This document shows positions 30,370 through 41,404 of a stretch of 64,000 nucleotides of DNA, piece by piece; position 1 is the first letter of the stretch; every line of letters begins with the position of its first letter. The notes under the pieces are model-generated. The model searched no databases. It was not told the origin of the DNA and was given only the letters and a program-made list of their open reading frames with translations. This stretch comes from a virus. Lineage: Duplodnaviria > Caudoviricetes. The stretch is from IMG/VR virus record IMGVR_UViG_3300025012_000083, positions 1,763 to 65,762 of that record. One strand, given 5' to 3'. Position numbers and translations under genes: made by a program.

Positions 30370-31200
30370 TTATTTATTAACCAACAAACCTTCCTTATGT
30401 AATCTAACTCTTTCCTGTCCTAACTCAAAATACTTTTCATCATTCTCAAACCCTATGTAATTTCTATTTGTATTTATACATGCTATTGCTGTTGTAAAAG
30501 ATCCCATACAATTATCTAAAATCAATTCACCTTCATTAGAGTATGTTTTTATAAGATATCCTAGTAATTCAACTGGTTTTTGAGCAGGATGAAGTTTATT
30601 TTTAGCATTTACAACCACATTAAATTTTTGCACACTTGTAGGATATCTTAAATCTTCGTAATTTTCTTTTCTTACTCCCGTGATATTATGTAAATCGCTT
30701 TTTACTTCTCCCGTTGTATATTTATAATTATTTCTTTTAGCGGAAGCTTCTGTAACATCCCTTGCTTCTTTTATTGGGTTGTATGTAGGTTTCTTTTTGT
30801 AAAAAACACTTATCGTTTCATGACTTCTCATTGGTTGATTTTTTGCATTCGCAAAACCACTTGGTTTATTTTTATGCCAAATCCAATCATATCTAAATAA
30901 TTTTATATTACTCAATCTTAGATAACTGCTAAAGGGTTCTGCTCCAAATAAAACTATCGCTCCATTTTCTTTTATAATTCTTTCATATTGTAACCACAAC
31001 TTATCTAGAGGGATTACACTGTCCCATTTTGCTTGAGTAGTACCGTAAGGAAGATCACAGAGGATTAAATCTATACTTTTATCTTCTATTATACACATAC
31101 CATTATCACCAATACAATCCTCATTATATACTTTATTCAATTCTAACATTATTATTTCCTTCTTTCTGTTTTTCAAACTATAAAGTCCCTTAAAACTCAC
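30370..31200 (-). CDS. DNA methyltransferase (N6-A/N4-C, beta class)
   Basis: DLILCDLPYG catalytic motif, HPAQKP, LDNCMGSFTT SAM-binding motif; likely start at MLELNK. Confidence 0.9.
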   Translation of the reverse strand: MSFKGLYSLKNRKKEIIMLELNKVYNEDCIGDNGMCIIEDKSIDLILCDLPYGTTQAKWDSVIPLDKLWLQYERIIKENGAIVLFGAEPFSSYLRLSNIKLFRYDWIWHKNKPSGFANAKNQPMRSHETISVFYKKKPTYNPIKEARDVTEASAKRNNYKYTTGEVKSDLHNITGVRKENYEDLRYPTSVQKFNVVVNAKNKLHPAQKPVELLGYLIKTYSNEGELILDNCMGSFTTAIACINTNRNYIGFENDEKYFELGQERVRLHKEGLLVNK

Positions 31201-31223
31201 CTTTTGTTGGATTATATTAATAT

Positions 31224-34200
31224 TTATTTATATTTTATAATGTTTTTATGATATAATTCATCAAAATCTTCATTTGATAACGGACTTGTTTCTTTAAGAT
31301 AATTGTAATGCTCTTCTTCTTTTAAAGTATTAGTCCATTCTCTATTCCAACATTCTTCACAATCAGAATTGTCTTTACATAAAATCATTTCTCCATTAGA
31401 TATCCCATACTCCTGTGGGCAAGATCCTGAAATAATCATATTAGGATTTCTGTTGTTATTTTCTATCTCTAATGCTTTTTCAATAAGTTTAATTTCAAAA
31501 ACCTCCTATTTTTAATAATCCATACAACTAACTACTTCTATATCCATTCTTTCAGCACACTCACCACATATGTATCTATCTTTATCAACACTAACAAATA
31601 TATCTTCTATTTGTAATAATTCCTTAGAACAATAATAACATGATTCAAAAACACTATTGTTGTCAGCTTCACTATTATAAGACAATTGATTTTGCATTTT
31701 CATTTTTCACACGAACCTCCGAAAACACAAAGTCAGTATAATCTTCTAAAAGTATCTCAATTTGATTTCCAACATTCTCAAACAATTTGCTTTCTAACTG
31801 CATACTGCCAACACAATATCCCTCTACTTTTTGCTCATTGCTCCTACACATATGTAAGCAACCCATTCCATTAAATTCAATATTATTAACTCTTCCTAAA
31901 ACTCTTACCAATTTGTTATTAATGTTTTTACCATTGAAAATGTTATCTAGAATATTGGTGAGTGATGTTTGCGAATTATCTGAAGGTGATGTAATTATGT
32001 AATTTATTTTATTATTAATTGAATTTGTGTCAGATATAGATAGTTGACCTTGGAAATGATAAGTTTTCATATTTTTAATTTGCCTTCTTTCTATTATTAA
32101 TTTTATTTTTGTATTTTTATTAAATATCTCGACCTTGAGTAATAGAATTACCATCATTTTCCAACCCTGTAATCAGCCTATAGCTTTATTCTTAAAATGA
32201 CAATTCAATATAAATGGGCTGTATTGATAGCAAAAATCTATCTGCTATAATCTTACATATTGAAGAATTGAACGCCTTATAATGAGTTTTAAATTGATTT
32301 TTATTTATTTGTATTAGATATATTATTTTTATCTTCTTTTAGTTTCGCTTTTAAATTATCTGCTTTAAGTTTTTCCTTGTGAAGTTTCAATTGCTCATTT
32401 TTCCCTTTAATCTGAAAATGTAACACAGAATGAATTTTATCTATATCCTTTTCATCCACAAGATAGACTTTCTCTTCACAATCAATATGTAATGTGTATT
32501 TAATCCCTAATTCATCAAACTGTGGTAAAACTATATTTGTTGTGCTTTTGCCTTTCGGGAAATATATAGCCAATGTTCCTTTATCATCATAGCGATAAGT
32601 TTCTGTTTGTGATTTTCCAAGCAAATAATTATCTGATTCATTTTTAGTTGGTTTATTTGTTTTTAGATCATAAGGCATATGTATTGTGTAGATACCGATG
32701 TAGTCTAAAATTTCTTTTCACCTCCTTTATATAAATATTTATTTTAGTATTTAACAACTTAATATGTATTGTAACTATACATTAACTTCTTATTATCACA
32801 TTCTTTACAAACTAAATGAACCCAATGTTCTGTGTAACTATCGTCATACCACATATTAAATTTTTCAGTATGATTTATTGATGTAGAATTGCTGTGGCAA
32901 ACCTTACATTCAATATGAAAACCTATATTCATTAATATCACCTCCTCTCTACTACTTCATTGTATCATTAATTAAGAAATAATGCAAGTAATATTATTTA
33001 TTGCTTTATATACCTATGTATTCTATTGAATCTTCTTTGTAACACCTCTTTTATCACGATATTTCTTAATTATAAAATCAAGAAACTCTTTCTTCATATT
33101 AAATATTTGCAAACCAAGATCAAATACTTTCTCCCATACTTTTAACATAGCAATTAGTAGTACTCCACTGGTAATAATTAAGGATAGTCCAATAGTTACT
33201 TTGATGAGATTATCTATGATTATGTATTCCATTTATTTTATTCCTTTCTCACATTGTTGAATTATACAAATCTTTCATTTCATCTTTCAAAGATTCATAA
33301 CCATATTTATAATCTAATCTTGGGAATATAGTTACTGAGCGTTTCCATTTCATATGTTCTACGGTTAAGATAATTTCATGTCCTATGCTGTATCCTTCTT
33401 TATCTAATTTATCATATTGACTTACTATGAATTTAGGAGGAGAATCTGTATCGTTACCATATTCTTGTTTACATATTTTATCTACTGCAAATTGGATGGA
33501 ATCAATGATATTTATGTGTTCTAGTTTCATGTTTTATTCTCCTTTTCTATTTTGACAAAACAAATCTCTCAAGCACCAACCACTTAGAAATCCATCAAAG
33601 AAAAAATATTAAAATGATAAGTAACACAGATATTTCTTTACTCATTAATTATCCTCTCTTAAAATCTTTGATAAATCTTTCAATGCTTTTTGTCTCATAA
33701 CCTTTTTATACTCAGTTTGTTTCTGACCGATTATTTCTATATTAGAATTTATTTTTAGTAGTCTTTCTACGATGGATTCATATGGAGCAATTGTCAATCC
33801 TAAAATATTACATCTTTGTTTCATTAATGATAATTCTCCTAAGATGTAATCAATGTCGCTTTTAATTGCTTCAATTTCAAACATTTATTTCCTCCTTATG
33901 TTCGTTAATCCATCCATAATCCAAATTATAATACAATTTAGCAAGGTAACTTGGTAATCTGTATACTAATTTATCCTCAATATCTTTTAATTTGTTTTTA
34001 TATTTATCTCTAAACACAATGTTATTGTCATCTTTCTCATCATATTTAAACATATCTGACCAATCCAATAAAGCCCAGAGTGACTTTGATTCTATGTCAA
34101 CATAACCTTCTTTGATATAAGGATTTATGCGATAAGATAAATCTTTCAGAAATGGAATATTAATTCCTTCTGGTCTTTTTAATAATGCCCATGTTACAAT

Positions 34201-34559
34201 ATTTTCAATGCTTAGTGTATACATTATATTCCTCCAATTTCTCGCTCGACAGATTTGTCGGATGAGGTGTAATCACAATTTTTAAATTCTATTTAGTTTC
34301 TTATGTGACGTAATATATTTACTTAAACCATCAAAAAGAAATTGTCTTTATATCATTCTCCTAAATAATTTAATCTATTTGCTATACAAGTAGGGCATAA
34401 TAATCCTGCTTCTTCATGATGCGTTGGATTAATTAATTCCCATAAGTAATTTGGTATAATTAAGTCTGGAAATTCACCATATTTCATTCTACAATCATAG
34501 CAACATCCTTGTGGTCTTTCATTATCATTGTATTTCCACTTGTATTTATAATTATTCAA
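31224..34559 (-). CDS. Cluster of about ten small hypothetical ORFs, several with CxxC pairs
   Basis: ORFs 31224-31439, 31512-31703, 31675-32157, 32301-32678, 32759-32941, 33023-33232, 33249-33530, 33645-33884, 33877-34224 and 34353-34559, mostly with RBSs. Confidence 0.55.
32960..32988 (-). promoter_or_regulatory. sigmaA-type promoter
   Basis: TTGCAT-N17-TACAAT upstream of the 60-aa ORF. Confidence 0.6.
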
Positions 34560-34568
34560 TTATTTTAT

Positions 34569-35141
34569 TCACCTCTTTAAATCTCTTTCAACAATCTTAA
34601 TAACTTTATAATCAAATATACCCATAATAAACTGTGCAAATATCTGTAATCCAATTAATATATTAATACTTACCTCAAACTTTATTGCTACTATTGCTAA
34701 TGTAGCTCCCATGATCTGTGCTATAGATACTAAATAACTTTCTTGTGTCTGATAATTTGTTAAATCATCTCCTTGCCATATTTTATTTATATTCGATTTA
34801 ATAATACACATCCATATTGCTGAAGATGTTCCATTGAGTATGGAAATACCGAAGAATCTTATGTTTATATTGTGTAATCCATAAATTGACACAAATAAGA
34901 ATCCTAAAACATCTAAAATTACTATTAATAAGAAGAATTTTTGTAATAATTCTCTATTCTTTTGTTTCTTTAATATGTAATTTATAAGAAATATTGTGAT
35001 AATTCCTACCCAGTTTACTATTGAATATATGTATGTGGATACTTTTTGCATGAAATATATGTTTACTGTAGGAGTTGTTAGTGCGAATAGTAGACAATTT
35101 GTGAATATTCCAGTGTATAGGTATAGTTTTATGTTTTTGAT
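34569..35141 (-). CDS. Multi-pass membrane protein (half-MFS-like)
   Basis: About six hydrophobic segments; frame extends ~30 codons upstream of the tracked ATG (IKNIKLYLYTGIFTNCLLFALTTP) to an ATC after GAGGTG. Confidence 0.55.
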   Translation of the reverse strand: MKNIKLYLYTGIFTNCLLFALTTPTVNIYFMQKVSTYIYSIVNWVGIITIFLINYILKKQKNRELLQKFFLLIVILDVLGFLFVSIYGLHNINIRFFGISILNGTSSAIWMCIIKSNINKIWQGDDLTNYQTQESYLVSIAQIMGATLAIVAIKFEVSINILIGLQIFAQFIMGIFDYKVIKIVERDLKR

Positions 35142-35178
35142 TGTGTGATCACCTCATTTGTGTTTATTATATATTAAC

Positions 35179-35613
35179 TTAGTATTTTTTAAAAAACATC
35201 TCAAATGGTTTAAACTTTTTTTGCTGTTTCTTTTCTTCTTCTACCTTTTCAGTATCTTCTAATAGTTTTATTTCCTGTTCTTTTTTATCAACAATTGCTT
35301 CTACTTTCCTTAAATACTTTTCAATGTAATCTATCCATGCTCCCTTGATAAGCCAGTCATAATTAAAAACATTTTCAGGTGTTGTATTTCCGTAAACATG
35401 TAATACAGGAATTCTACAATTAGGAATATACTTATTATTTCGTATTGAATTTAAATCTTCAGTTTGATAAACATAAATGTTAATGCCAAAACATCCATAA
35501 GGATAATCAAACATTATATTTTTATGTTTATAGCAACTACACCCTATATCTACTAAATCAACTTCATCTAATAAATCTAAATCTTTTGCTGTTTTTATAT
35601 ACCATAATTTCAT
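35179..35613 (-). CDS. Hypothetical protein
   Basis: 144-aa ORF with GGAGGTG RBS. Confidence 0.6.
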   Translation of the reverse strand: MKLWYIKTAKDLDLLDEVDLVDIGCSCYKHKNIMFDYPYGCFGINIYVYQTEDLNSIRNNKYIPNCRIPVLHVYGNTTPENVFNYDWLIKGAWIDYIEKYLRKVEAIVDKKEQEIKLLEDTEKVEEEKKQQKKFKPFEMFFKKY

Positions 35614-35730
35614 TTAATTATTTCACCTCCTTTGATTTATTTTATTATTGGATTTTGAGGAAAGGGGTAGGTATATTTGAGTGTGATTTTTTGATTGTGT
35701 AAATATACCTACCCCGTACCTCTTGTATAT

Positions 35731-35759
35731 ATTGTAACATATTATTATGAATAATGCAA
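35731..35759 (-). promoter_or_regulatory. sigmaA-type promoter followed by a 15-bp inverted repeat (35664-35715)
   Basis: TTGCAT-N17-TACAAT; GGGGTAGGTATATTT/AAATATACCTACCCC. Confidence 0.6.
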
Positions 35760-35797
35760 ATATATATTTATTTATTAATTTTCACAATATCCAATAT

Positions 35798-36010
35798 CTA
35801 TCTTTTCTTAATAATCCAACTAATCTTATTCGCCTTCACGCAAGTATGAACATCAAATTTAGTTCTCAATACCTTACCATTAGCCCACCATTCATTCTTT
35901 AACCAATCTAATTGTTTCTGAGTTGCAGGTTCATATTTCCACTTTGCTTTTCTGTCTAGGAATGTACTATATTTTCTAGATGCATATTTCTCTGCTTCTT
36001 CAATAAGATT
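35798..36010 (-). pseudogene. C-terminal remnant of an SF2 helicase-like gene
   Basis: Start-less open frame NLIEEAEKYASRKYSTFLDRKAKWKYEPATQKQLDWL...KKR*. Confidence 0.5.
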
Positions 36011-37580
36011 AAACTTCTTTATTATAATATTTCCAGATCAATTTTTCTCCTGTTTCTAAAGTTCCTGCTGATTTAGCCTTACCTCTACAACATGCGGATA
36101 TTCCAGAAACACTGTTTAAATTATATCTCTTGATTGCATCAGTTATAGAATTAAAAATTTCTCCAGTTGTTACACAAATAACCTCTTTATTATTTGTTGC
36201 TATTGATTTAGTATTATTTATACAATCTTCATGATATTTCCATTCTAAATGAATACCTGTAATTGGACAAATTACATATTGCTTAAACCCTGAACAGCAT
36301 TCTGAAATAAAGTCGGATTTAATTTTATATTTTTTACCTGCTTCAGAAATACTTTTAAAAATTTCTCCGGTAGTAGTGCAAACTATCTTTTTCATGTTAG
36401 AATTATAATTACACCATCCAAGCTTTACTCCTTTATGTAAATAACTTCTTATAGTCGTTGTAGATAATTTATAGATTTCTGCCAATTCTGAAATAGTACG
36501 CTTACCATTGTCCCAAATTATACATATTTCTTTAACTAAATTCTTTAACGCAAACTCTTCACATTTTATCCAATCTACTAGTTCAAGGTCAAATATTGTA
36601 TTTAGTTTAGATTTAATTATATTACTCTTTATGTATTCCAAATCAGAAAAGGCACAATCAATTCTAATCACTTCTATATCATGCTCTTTTGCTATATTGT
36701 CCTTATTTTCATCTATAAGCTTTGATTCTTCCTTGGTTTGTCCAGACATTTTATTATCTACCTTATGCCATCTACCGTCCATTTCAACAGCATATTTATT
36801 ATTATCTAATTCAAAATAGAAGTCGAATCTCATTTCTTTAAAAGTATGTTCTGATTTGAAATCTACATTTAACTGTTCTAATACACTAAATCCTATTTTA
36901 TTAGGATAACTAATTTTATCACCGCATGAACACCCTATGGATTTATTTTTATATATAGAATATATACTTATAGGTTTGTCTTTAATTCTACCGCAATCTG
37001 GACAGATTGGAACGATCTTTTGTTTAGTACCCTTAATATACAATTTTGCTTCATCATAACCTCCTTGAAAATATTTAACCATCCAAGGATCTGTAGTTGT
37101 AATATCATTAATTCCAACAACTAGTTTTAGAGGATTAACACCACATACATTACAACCATTTTTCTCTTTTAAATGATTTTCTGCAATAGAATCTTCATTC
37201 CCACAATTTAAACATAAATAATCATACCCCTTTCTATTATTATTTCCCATTCTTATTTGTTTTATTATTTGTAATTTCCCACTTCTAGTTTCGATGATGT
37301 CGTCTATTTTATATATATGTTCAAAACTATAATTTCCTAAATATAATTCAAATTTGCATTTAGCAAACCAACCGGAATACATATTAAATTCTTTTTATTT
37401 ATCATTACCAATATAAAAATATATTTGCCTATTTTTAAAATCATTGATATGAAATATGTAGTTGTTATTATTGAACTCTATTTGTAAATCCATTCCTATA
37501 ATTTCTTTCCATTTTACTTTTCCTATATTAAAACCACTTGTCCATTTTGGCAATTCTGTAAGTATTTTATTATTATACAT
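36009..37580 (-). pseudogene. Homing endonuclease-like gene (Zn ribbons, Vsr-like nuclease, NUMOD1) split by an in-frame TAA
   Basis: 61-aa and 457-aa ORFs are in the same frame: ...GNDK*KEFNMYSGW...; EMDGRWH and ICVTTGEIFNSI motifs. Confidence 0.65.
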
Positions 37581-39396
37581 TATATTCCTCCTCTTTATTA
37601 ATTGTATTAATATTATTTATTACATTATGTAACTCATGTCCATTTGTTTTATATCTCAGCAATAAATATCTCTTAATAGTATCGCTTAATTGAATTTTGT
37701 TACTCGCTCTAGAAATCCCAACATATACAATCGCCATCTCTTCAAATAGGTTACTATTAACCTTCTTTTTATCTGGATCAACTTCAATAAACTTATTATA
37801 ATATTCACTTTCAATATCAAAATGATCATCACTAATATATACAGGTATTGAATAAGTTTGGCCTTTGCTACGATGAATGGTGGAAAATATAATGTCTGCA
37901 TTTTCTTTTTTAGTTACTGCATTATTTTTAATTCCATTTACAATATCAATAATTCTTGAGCCATATTTCTTTACCATTCTAATTAGTGAAAGAAGTTCTA
38001 AATCAACTGTTTTTTCTGAGTATTCTTCTAACTCTTGGTAATTCTTAAATTTAGATAATATTTTGTTTTTGGTTGGTTTACCTATACTAAAATAGTAACA
38101 GTCAGAAATATTTTCAAAGTTATAAGATTTATATGTTCCTTCGAAGAAAAACTTCTTATTCTTATCTAAATATAATGCTTCCGCAATTTCTGCAAATATG
38201 TATGCATTAGTTCTACAAAGACACACATAGGGTTTTGATTTATCAATTTTATCTACTATAGTTTGTTTGGTATTGAATCCTTTCATTTGAATATCATTAT
38301 CTGACATATCTCCAACAATTAAATTTGCAATATGTGCTATATTTTGTGATACTCTAAATGAGGTTGTTAGAAAATATTCTTTTGCTTCAAACAAAGGCAT
38401 AATATTTATAGCATTACGCCAAGAGTACAAAGCTTGGAAGCGATCCCCACAAATACATATACCTTTAACATTAGAATTAGCAATAATATCAAACATCATC
38501 TTACTGCTGTCTTGTGCTTCATCTAAAAGGATAATATCATATTTTTTACTTAAGTCTTGTTGGCTTAATTGAAATAATTTTAAATAAAAATCATGCGTAA
38601 CCTTTATGTTGTTCTTATATGATTTCATCATAGTCCATAATTTTTCACATAGGGATATTATTTGTCCTTTCATTTTATCATTTATAAACAACTCTAAATC
38701 ATTAAATGTTTGGACATCTGACAACATATATTGCTTCATCATTTCATTAATTTTTACTGCTAATTCCATATCATTATGCCAATTAAGATTTAAATCTTTA
38801 ATAATGTCTACAACACCATAATTAAATGTAAGTTTATCTTTATAAAATCTTCCGACATATCCAAAAGCTAATCCATGTACGGTTTTTACGTCAACAAAGT
38901 TAAGTTTTCCGAAACTTCCATTTTGTGCCTCGGTTTTCATTGCTGTATTATACACCAAATACAATATCTTTTTAAATGGTCTTGCTTTTGAGTAATAGTA
39001 GAGGGTGCTTGATTTGGCACTTCCGGCTAAAGCTGATATCTTTATCCTATCCTCCGTAGAGTTTATAATATCTTTTTGTTCATTTGTAAGAGCAAAACCA
39101 TCATCAGACATATAATCAGACATTTCAATAGCGATATTATCAAATTGCTTGTTATAAAATTCATCAGATAATATATTAGATTCAGATTCTTGTAATACTA
39201 ATTCCTCTTCTTTTAATATCAATTTCATTTTTAGTTCGCATTCTTCGCCTAGTCCTTTGGGGTGAGCATAATATTGTTTTTGAGCACCAAACTTTCTTGT
39301 GAGATTTTCTCCACACACTGAACAATGATATATATTTTCTGCTACGGACTCAATGATATCTATGAGTTTATTATTCTGATCTAAAGCTTTTTTCAT
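37573..39396 (-). CDS. UvrD/Rep-like SF1 helicase with N-terminal CoiA-like Zn finger
   Basis: ALAGSAKS, LLDEAQD, GDRFQALYSWR, TSFR, STIHRSKG and YVGISRA motifs. Confidence 0.9.
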   Translation of the reverse strand: MKKALDQNNKLIDIIESVAENIYHCSVCGENLTRKFGAQKQYYAHPKGLGEECELKMKLILKEEELVLQESESNILSDEFYNKQFDNIAIEMSDYMSDDGFALTNEQKDIINSTEDRIKISALAGSAKSSTLYYYSKARPFKKILYLVYNTAMKTEAQNGSFGKLNFVDVKTVHGLAFGYVGRFYKDKLTFNYGVVDIIKDLNLNWHNDMELAVKINEMMKQYMLSDVQTFNDLELFINDKMKGQIISLCEKLWTMMKSYKNNIKVTHDFYLKLFQLSQQDLSKKYDIILLDEAQDSSKMMFDIIANSNVKGICICGDRFQALYSWRNAINIMPLFEAKEYFLTTSFRVSQNIAHIANLIVGDMSDNDIQMKGFNTKQTIVDKIDKSKPYVCLCRTNAYIFAEIAEALYLDKNKKFFFEGTYKSYNFENISDCYYFSIGKPTKNKILSKFKNYQELEEYSEKTVDLELLSLIRMVKKYGSRIIDIVNGIKNNAVTKKENADIIFSTIHRSKGQTYSIPVYISDDHFDIESEYYNKFIEVDPDKKKVNSNLFEEMAIVYVGISRASNKIQLSDTIKRYLLLRYKTNGHELHNVINNINTINKEEEYNV

Positions 39397-39397
39397 A

Positions 39398-39490
39398 TTA
39401 TTTAATTCCTCTTTCTTTTATATATTTTGGTTTTAAGTTATTTACTGCTTCTACAGATTCTAATTGATATGGTCTTAATTCATATGCCAT
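39398..39490 (-). pseudogene. N-terminal remnant of an SF2 (ResIII/DEAD-like) helicase
   Basis: MAYELRPYQLESVEAVNNL... Q-motif with GAGG RBS, truncated after 30 aa. Confidence 0.6.
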
Positions 39491-39589
39491 TCTAATAGTC
39501 CTCATTTTCTAGATTATTTACTATAATTATATTCATCTGGCATAATACTACTCATAATTTAATCAATCTCCTCAATCATATTTATTATT

Positions 39590-39778
39590 TTATTTAAGAC
39601 TATTATAGAACTCAGTTAATGCTACGAATAATTCTTCTGTTTTTGTGAATTTGTATGTTCTAATTTGACTATCTCTTTTAATGAATATAGGTTTAATTCC
39701 TTTAGTAGATAAGTAATCTACCTCTACACTCCATTGGGTTGCATATTCTTTATCAAATTTCATTTCAAAATCAACCAC
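39590..39778 (-). CDS. Small conserved phage protein
   Basis: FDKEYATQW..EV.YL...GI; RBS present. Confidence 0.6.
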   Translation of the reverse strand: MVDFEMKFDKEYATQWSVEVDYLSTKGIKPIFIKRDSQIRTYKFTKTEELFVALTEFYNSLK

Positions 39779-39804
39779 CTTTTAATTAGTACTATGTAAT
39801 GTGT

Positions 39805-40095
39805 ATACAATTTTGCGTTCACATTCTAGAATGTACCCCCTATTTTGAGTACAAATTCTAAAGTTATGCTCACACACATTTGCGTTCAAATTCATAGTAT
39901 TTTAGAAAGTAAACGCTTTTCTGTGTGAGCACTCTCTGCGTTTGTACGCAAAACTGTGTGAGCACATTTAGAATGTAAACGCTTTTTAGTAGCCACATCA
40001 CAGAGAATATAGAGTTATATAAGTATAAAGAGTAAAAAAGAATATAGAGTAAAAGATTATAAAGAGTTCTATAGATTTGCTAACGCAAAATCAAA
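39805..40095. repeat. Iteron-like repeat cluster (candidate replication origin)
   Basis: CTGTGTGAGCAC x2 plus an inverted partial copy, TTTAGAAnGTAAACGCTTTT x2, TTTGCGTTCA x2, then a purine-rich tract. Confidence 0.5.
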
Positions 40096-40110
40096 TTGTT
40101 TTTATCATTA

Positions 40111-40770
40111 TTATTTATTTTTCTTTTTAAGTTCTAATGTATCAATAATAAATTGTTTACCTTTCCCTGTTATCAATATTTTATAATGCTTAAATTCTTT
40201 ATTTTTAGATTCCTTACCATTAACAAAATAACCAAGTTCAATATATTTTTTATGTACATAAAAAGAATTATTTTCTTTGTAAAATATATTTTTATCCTTT
40301 AAAGCAGTATGCAAAGATGTTTTTGTAAAATCTAATATATATCCTTCGTCTAATAATTCTTGACAGGTTGTGATGCAACTTTTAACATTTAAATTTAGTT
40401 TCTTTAAGTATTTACAATCCAAGTCTTTACTCATAATTATTCTATTACCATTTAAAATTTCTTGCATGGTATTTTCTACATTATATCCATTGGTAAGGGA
40501 TTTATATTGCTCCATATATTTTCCTTCTAAATATATTAATTGCATAGTGGTTCTATATGAAGTTTTTAACTTCTGAATTTTTTCTATTATCTCAAATTCA
40601 AAATTATCTTTACCATATGTATTCCAATCATTTTGGAGTTTGTAACTATGATGAGTATTATTGTTTAAATCTTCTATATGTTCATCCCAACGTCTTTCTA
40701 TGTTATTACTTTCACCAATATAGATTAGATTGTTTACCTTGTTTATGATTTTGTATATTCCTATTGTCAT
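40111..40770 (-). CDS. GIY-YIG endonuclease fused to a KilAC-like C-terminus
   Basis: GIYKI...IYIGES..IERRW..H; C-terminal YIELGYF...LITGKGKQFI. Confidence 0.8.
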   Translation of the reverse strand: MTIGIYKIINKVNNLIYIGESNNIERRWDEHIEDLNNNTHHSYKLQNDWNTYGKDNFEFEIIEKIQKLKTSYRTTMQLIYLEGKYMEQYKSLTNGYNVENTMQEILNGNRIIMSKDLDCKYLKKLNLNVKSCITTCQELLDEGYILDFTKTSLHTALKDKNIFYKENNSFYVHKKYIELGYFVNGKESKNKEFKHYKILITGKGKQFIIDTLELKKKNK

Positions 40771-40936
40771 TTAATCTTCTCTCCTCTATCAATTATTATT
40801 TTGTTAATTAATTTATATTTTACTTATGTAAAACCAGTAGCAATAATATTAATTTGTATATGTAATAGAAATGTAATATCATAATCAATAAATTTCCTCC
40901 TTTCCGAATTTGTTTCGTAGTTGTCACCTTAGATAA

Positions 40937-40965
40937 GTATACCATACAATAATAATCATGTCAAC
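40937..40965 (-). promoter_or_regulatory. sigmaA promoter
   Basis: TTGACA-N17-TATACT. Confidence 0.65.
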
Positions 40966-40982
40966 ATATTTTATTTATATAT

Positions 40983-41243
40983 TTATAAAAGATGCTTAAT
41001 ATATTGATTAGAATACAAACCATTATTAATCAAATACTCAATATACTTTTCCATTTCACTCTTTACTGCTAATCTTGCTTGATTAATTCCATGACCAGAT
41101 TCTACATGATATATTTCTAGGGATATGTTTTGTCTGAATTGTTGAGCTGATTTCTCTCCATTTAGTTTTACCTTTATGGAAGGAGTACGTACAGAATATG
41201 TTATTGAGGATGTAATTGAAGGATAGTGCTGTGGAATAGACAT
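40983..41243 (-). CDS. Hypothetical protein
   Basis: 86-aa ORF overlapping an alternative-frame 78-aa ORF (41083-41319) that carries the RBS; possibly one frameshifted gene. Confidence 0.4.
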   Translation of the reverse strand: MSIPQHYPSITSSITYSVRTPSIKVKLNGEKSAQQFRQNISLEIYHVESGHGINQARLAVKSEMEKYIEYLINNGLYSNQYIKHLL

Positions 41244-41375
41244 TAGATATGGTTTTAAGTTGTGATTTATAATTAGAGAATTGGTTAAGATTATTTTGTT
41301 TAGATTTGTATTTATTCATATGTTTTTGTTACTCCTTTCTAGATACTGATTTTGTGCAGATTTGTACCTGTTAAT

Positions 41376-41404
41376 ATTGTAACACAGATTTATTAGTAAT
41401 GCAA
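41376..41404 (-). promoter_or_regulatory. sigmaA-type promoter for the leftward arm
   Basis: TTGCAT-N17-TACAAT. Confidence 0.6.

Noticed and set aside
37395-37397. Stop-codon reassignment or readthrough code
   Set aside because: Single case; TAA, TAG and TGA all end genes normally elsewhere and no suppressor tRNA was seen.
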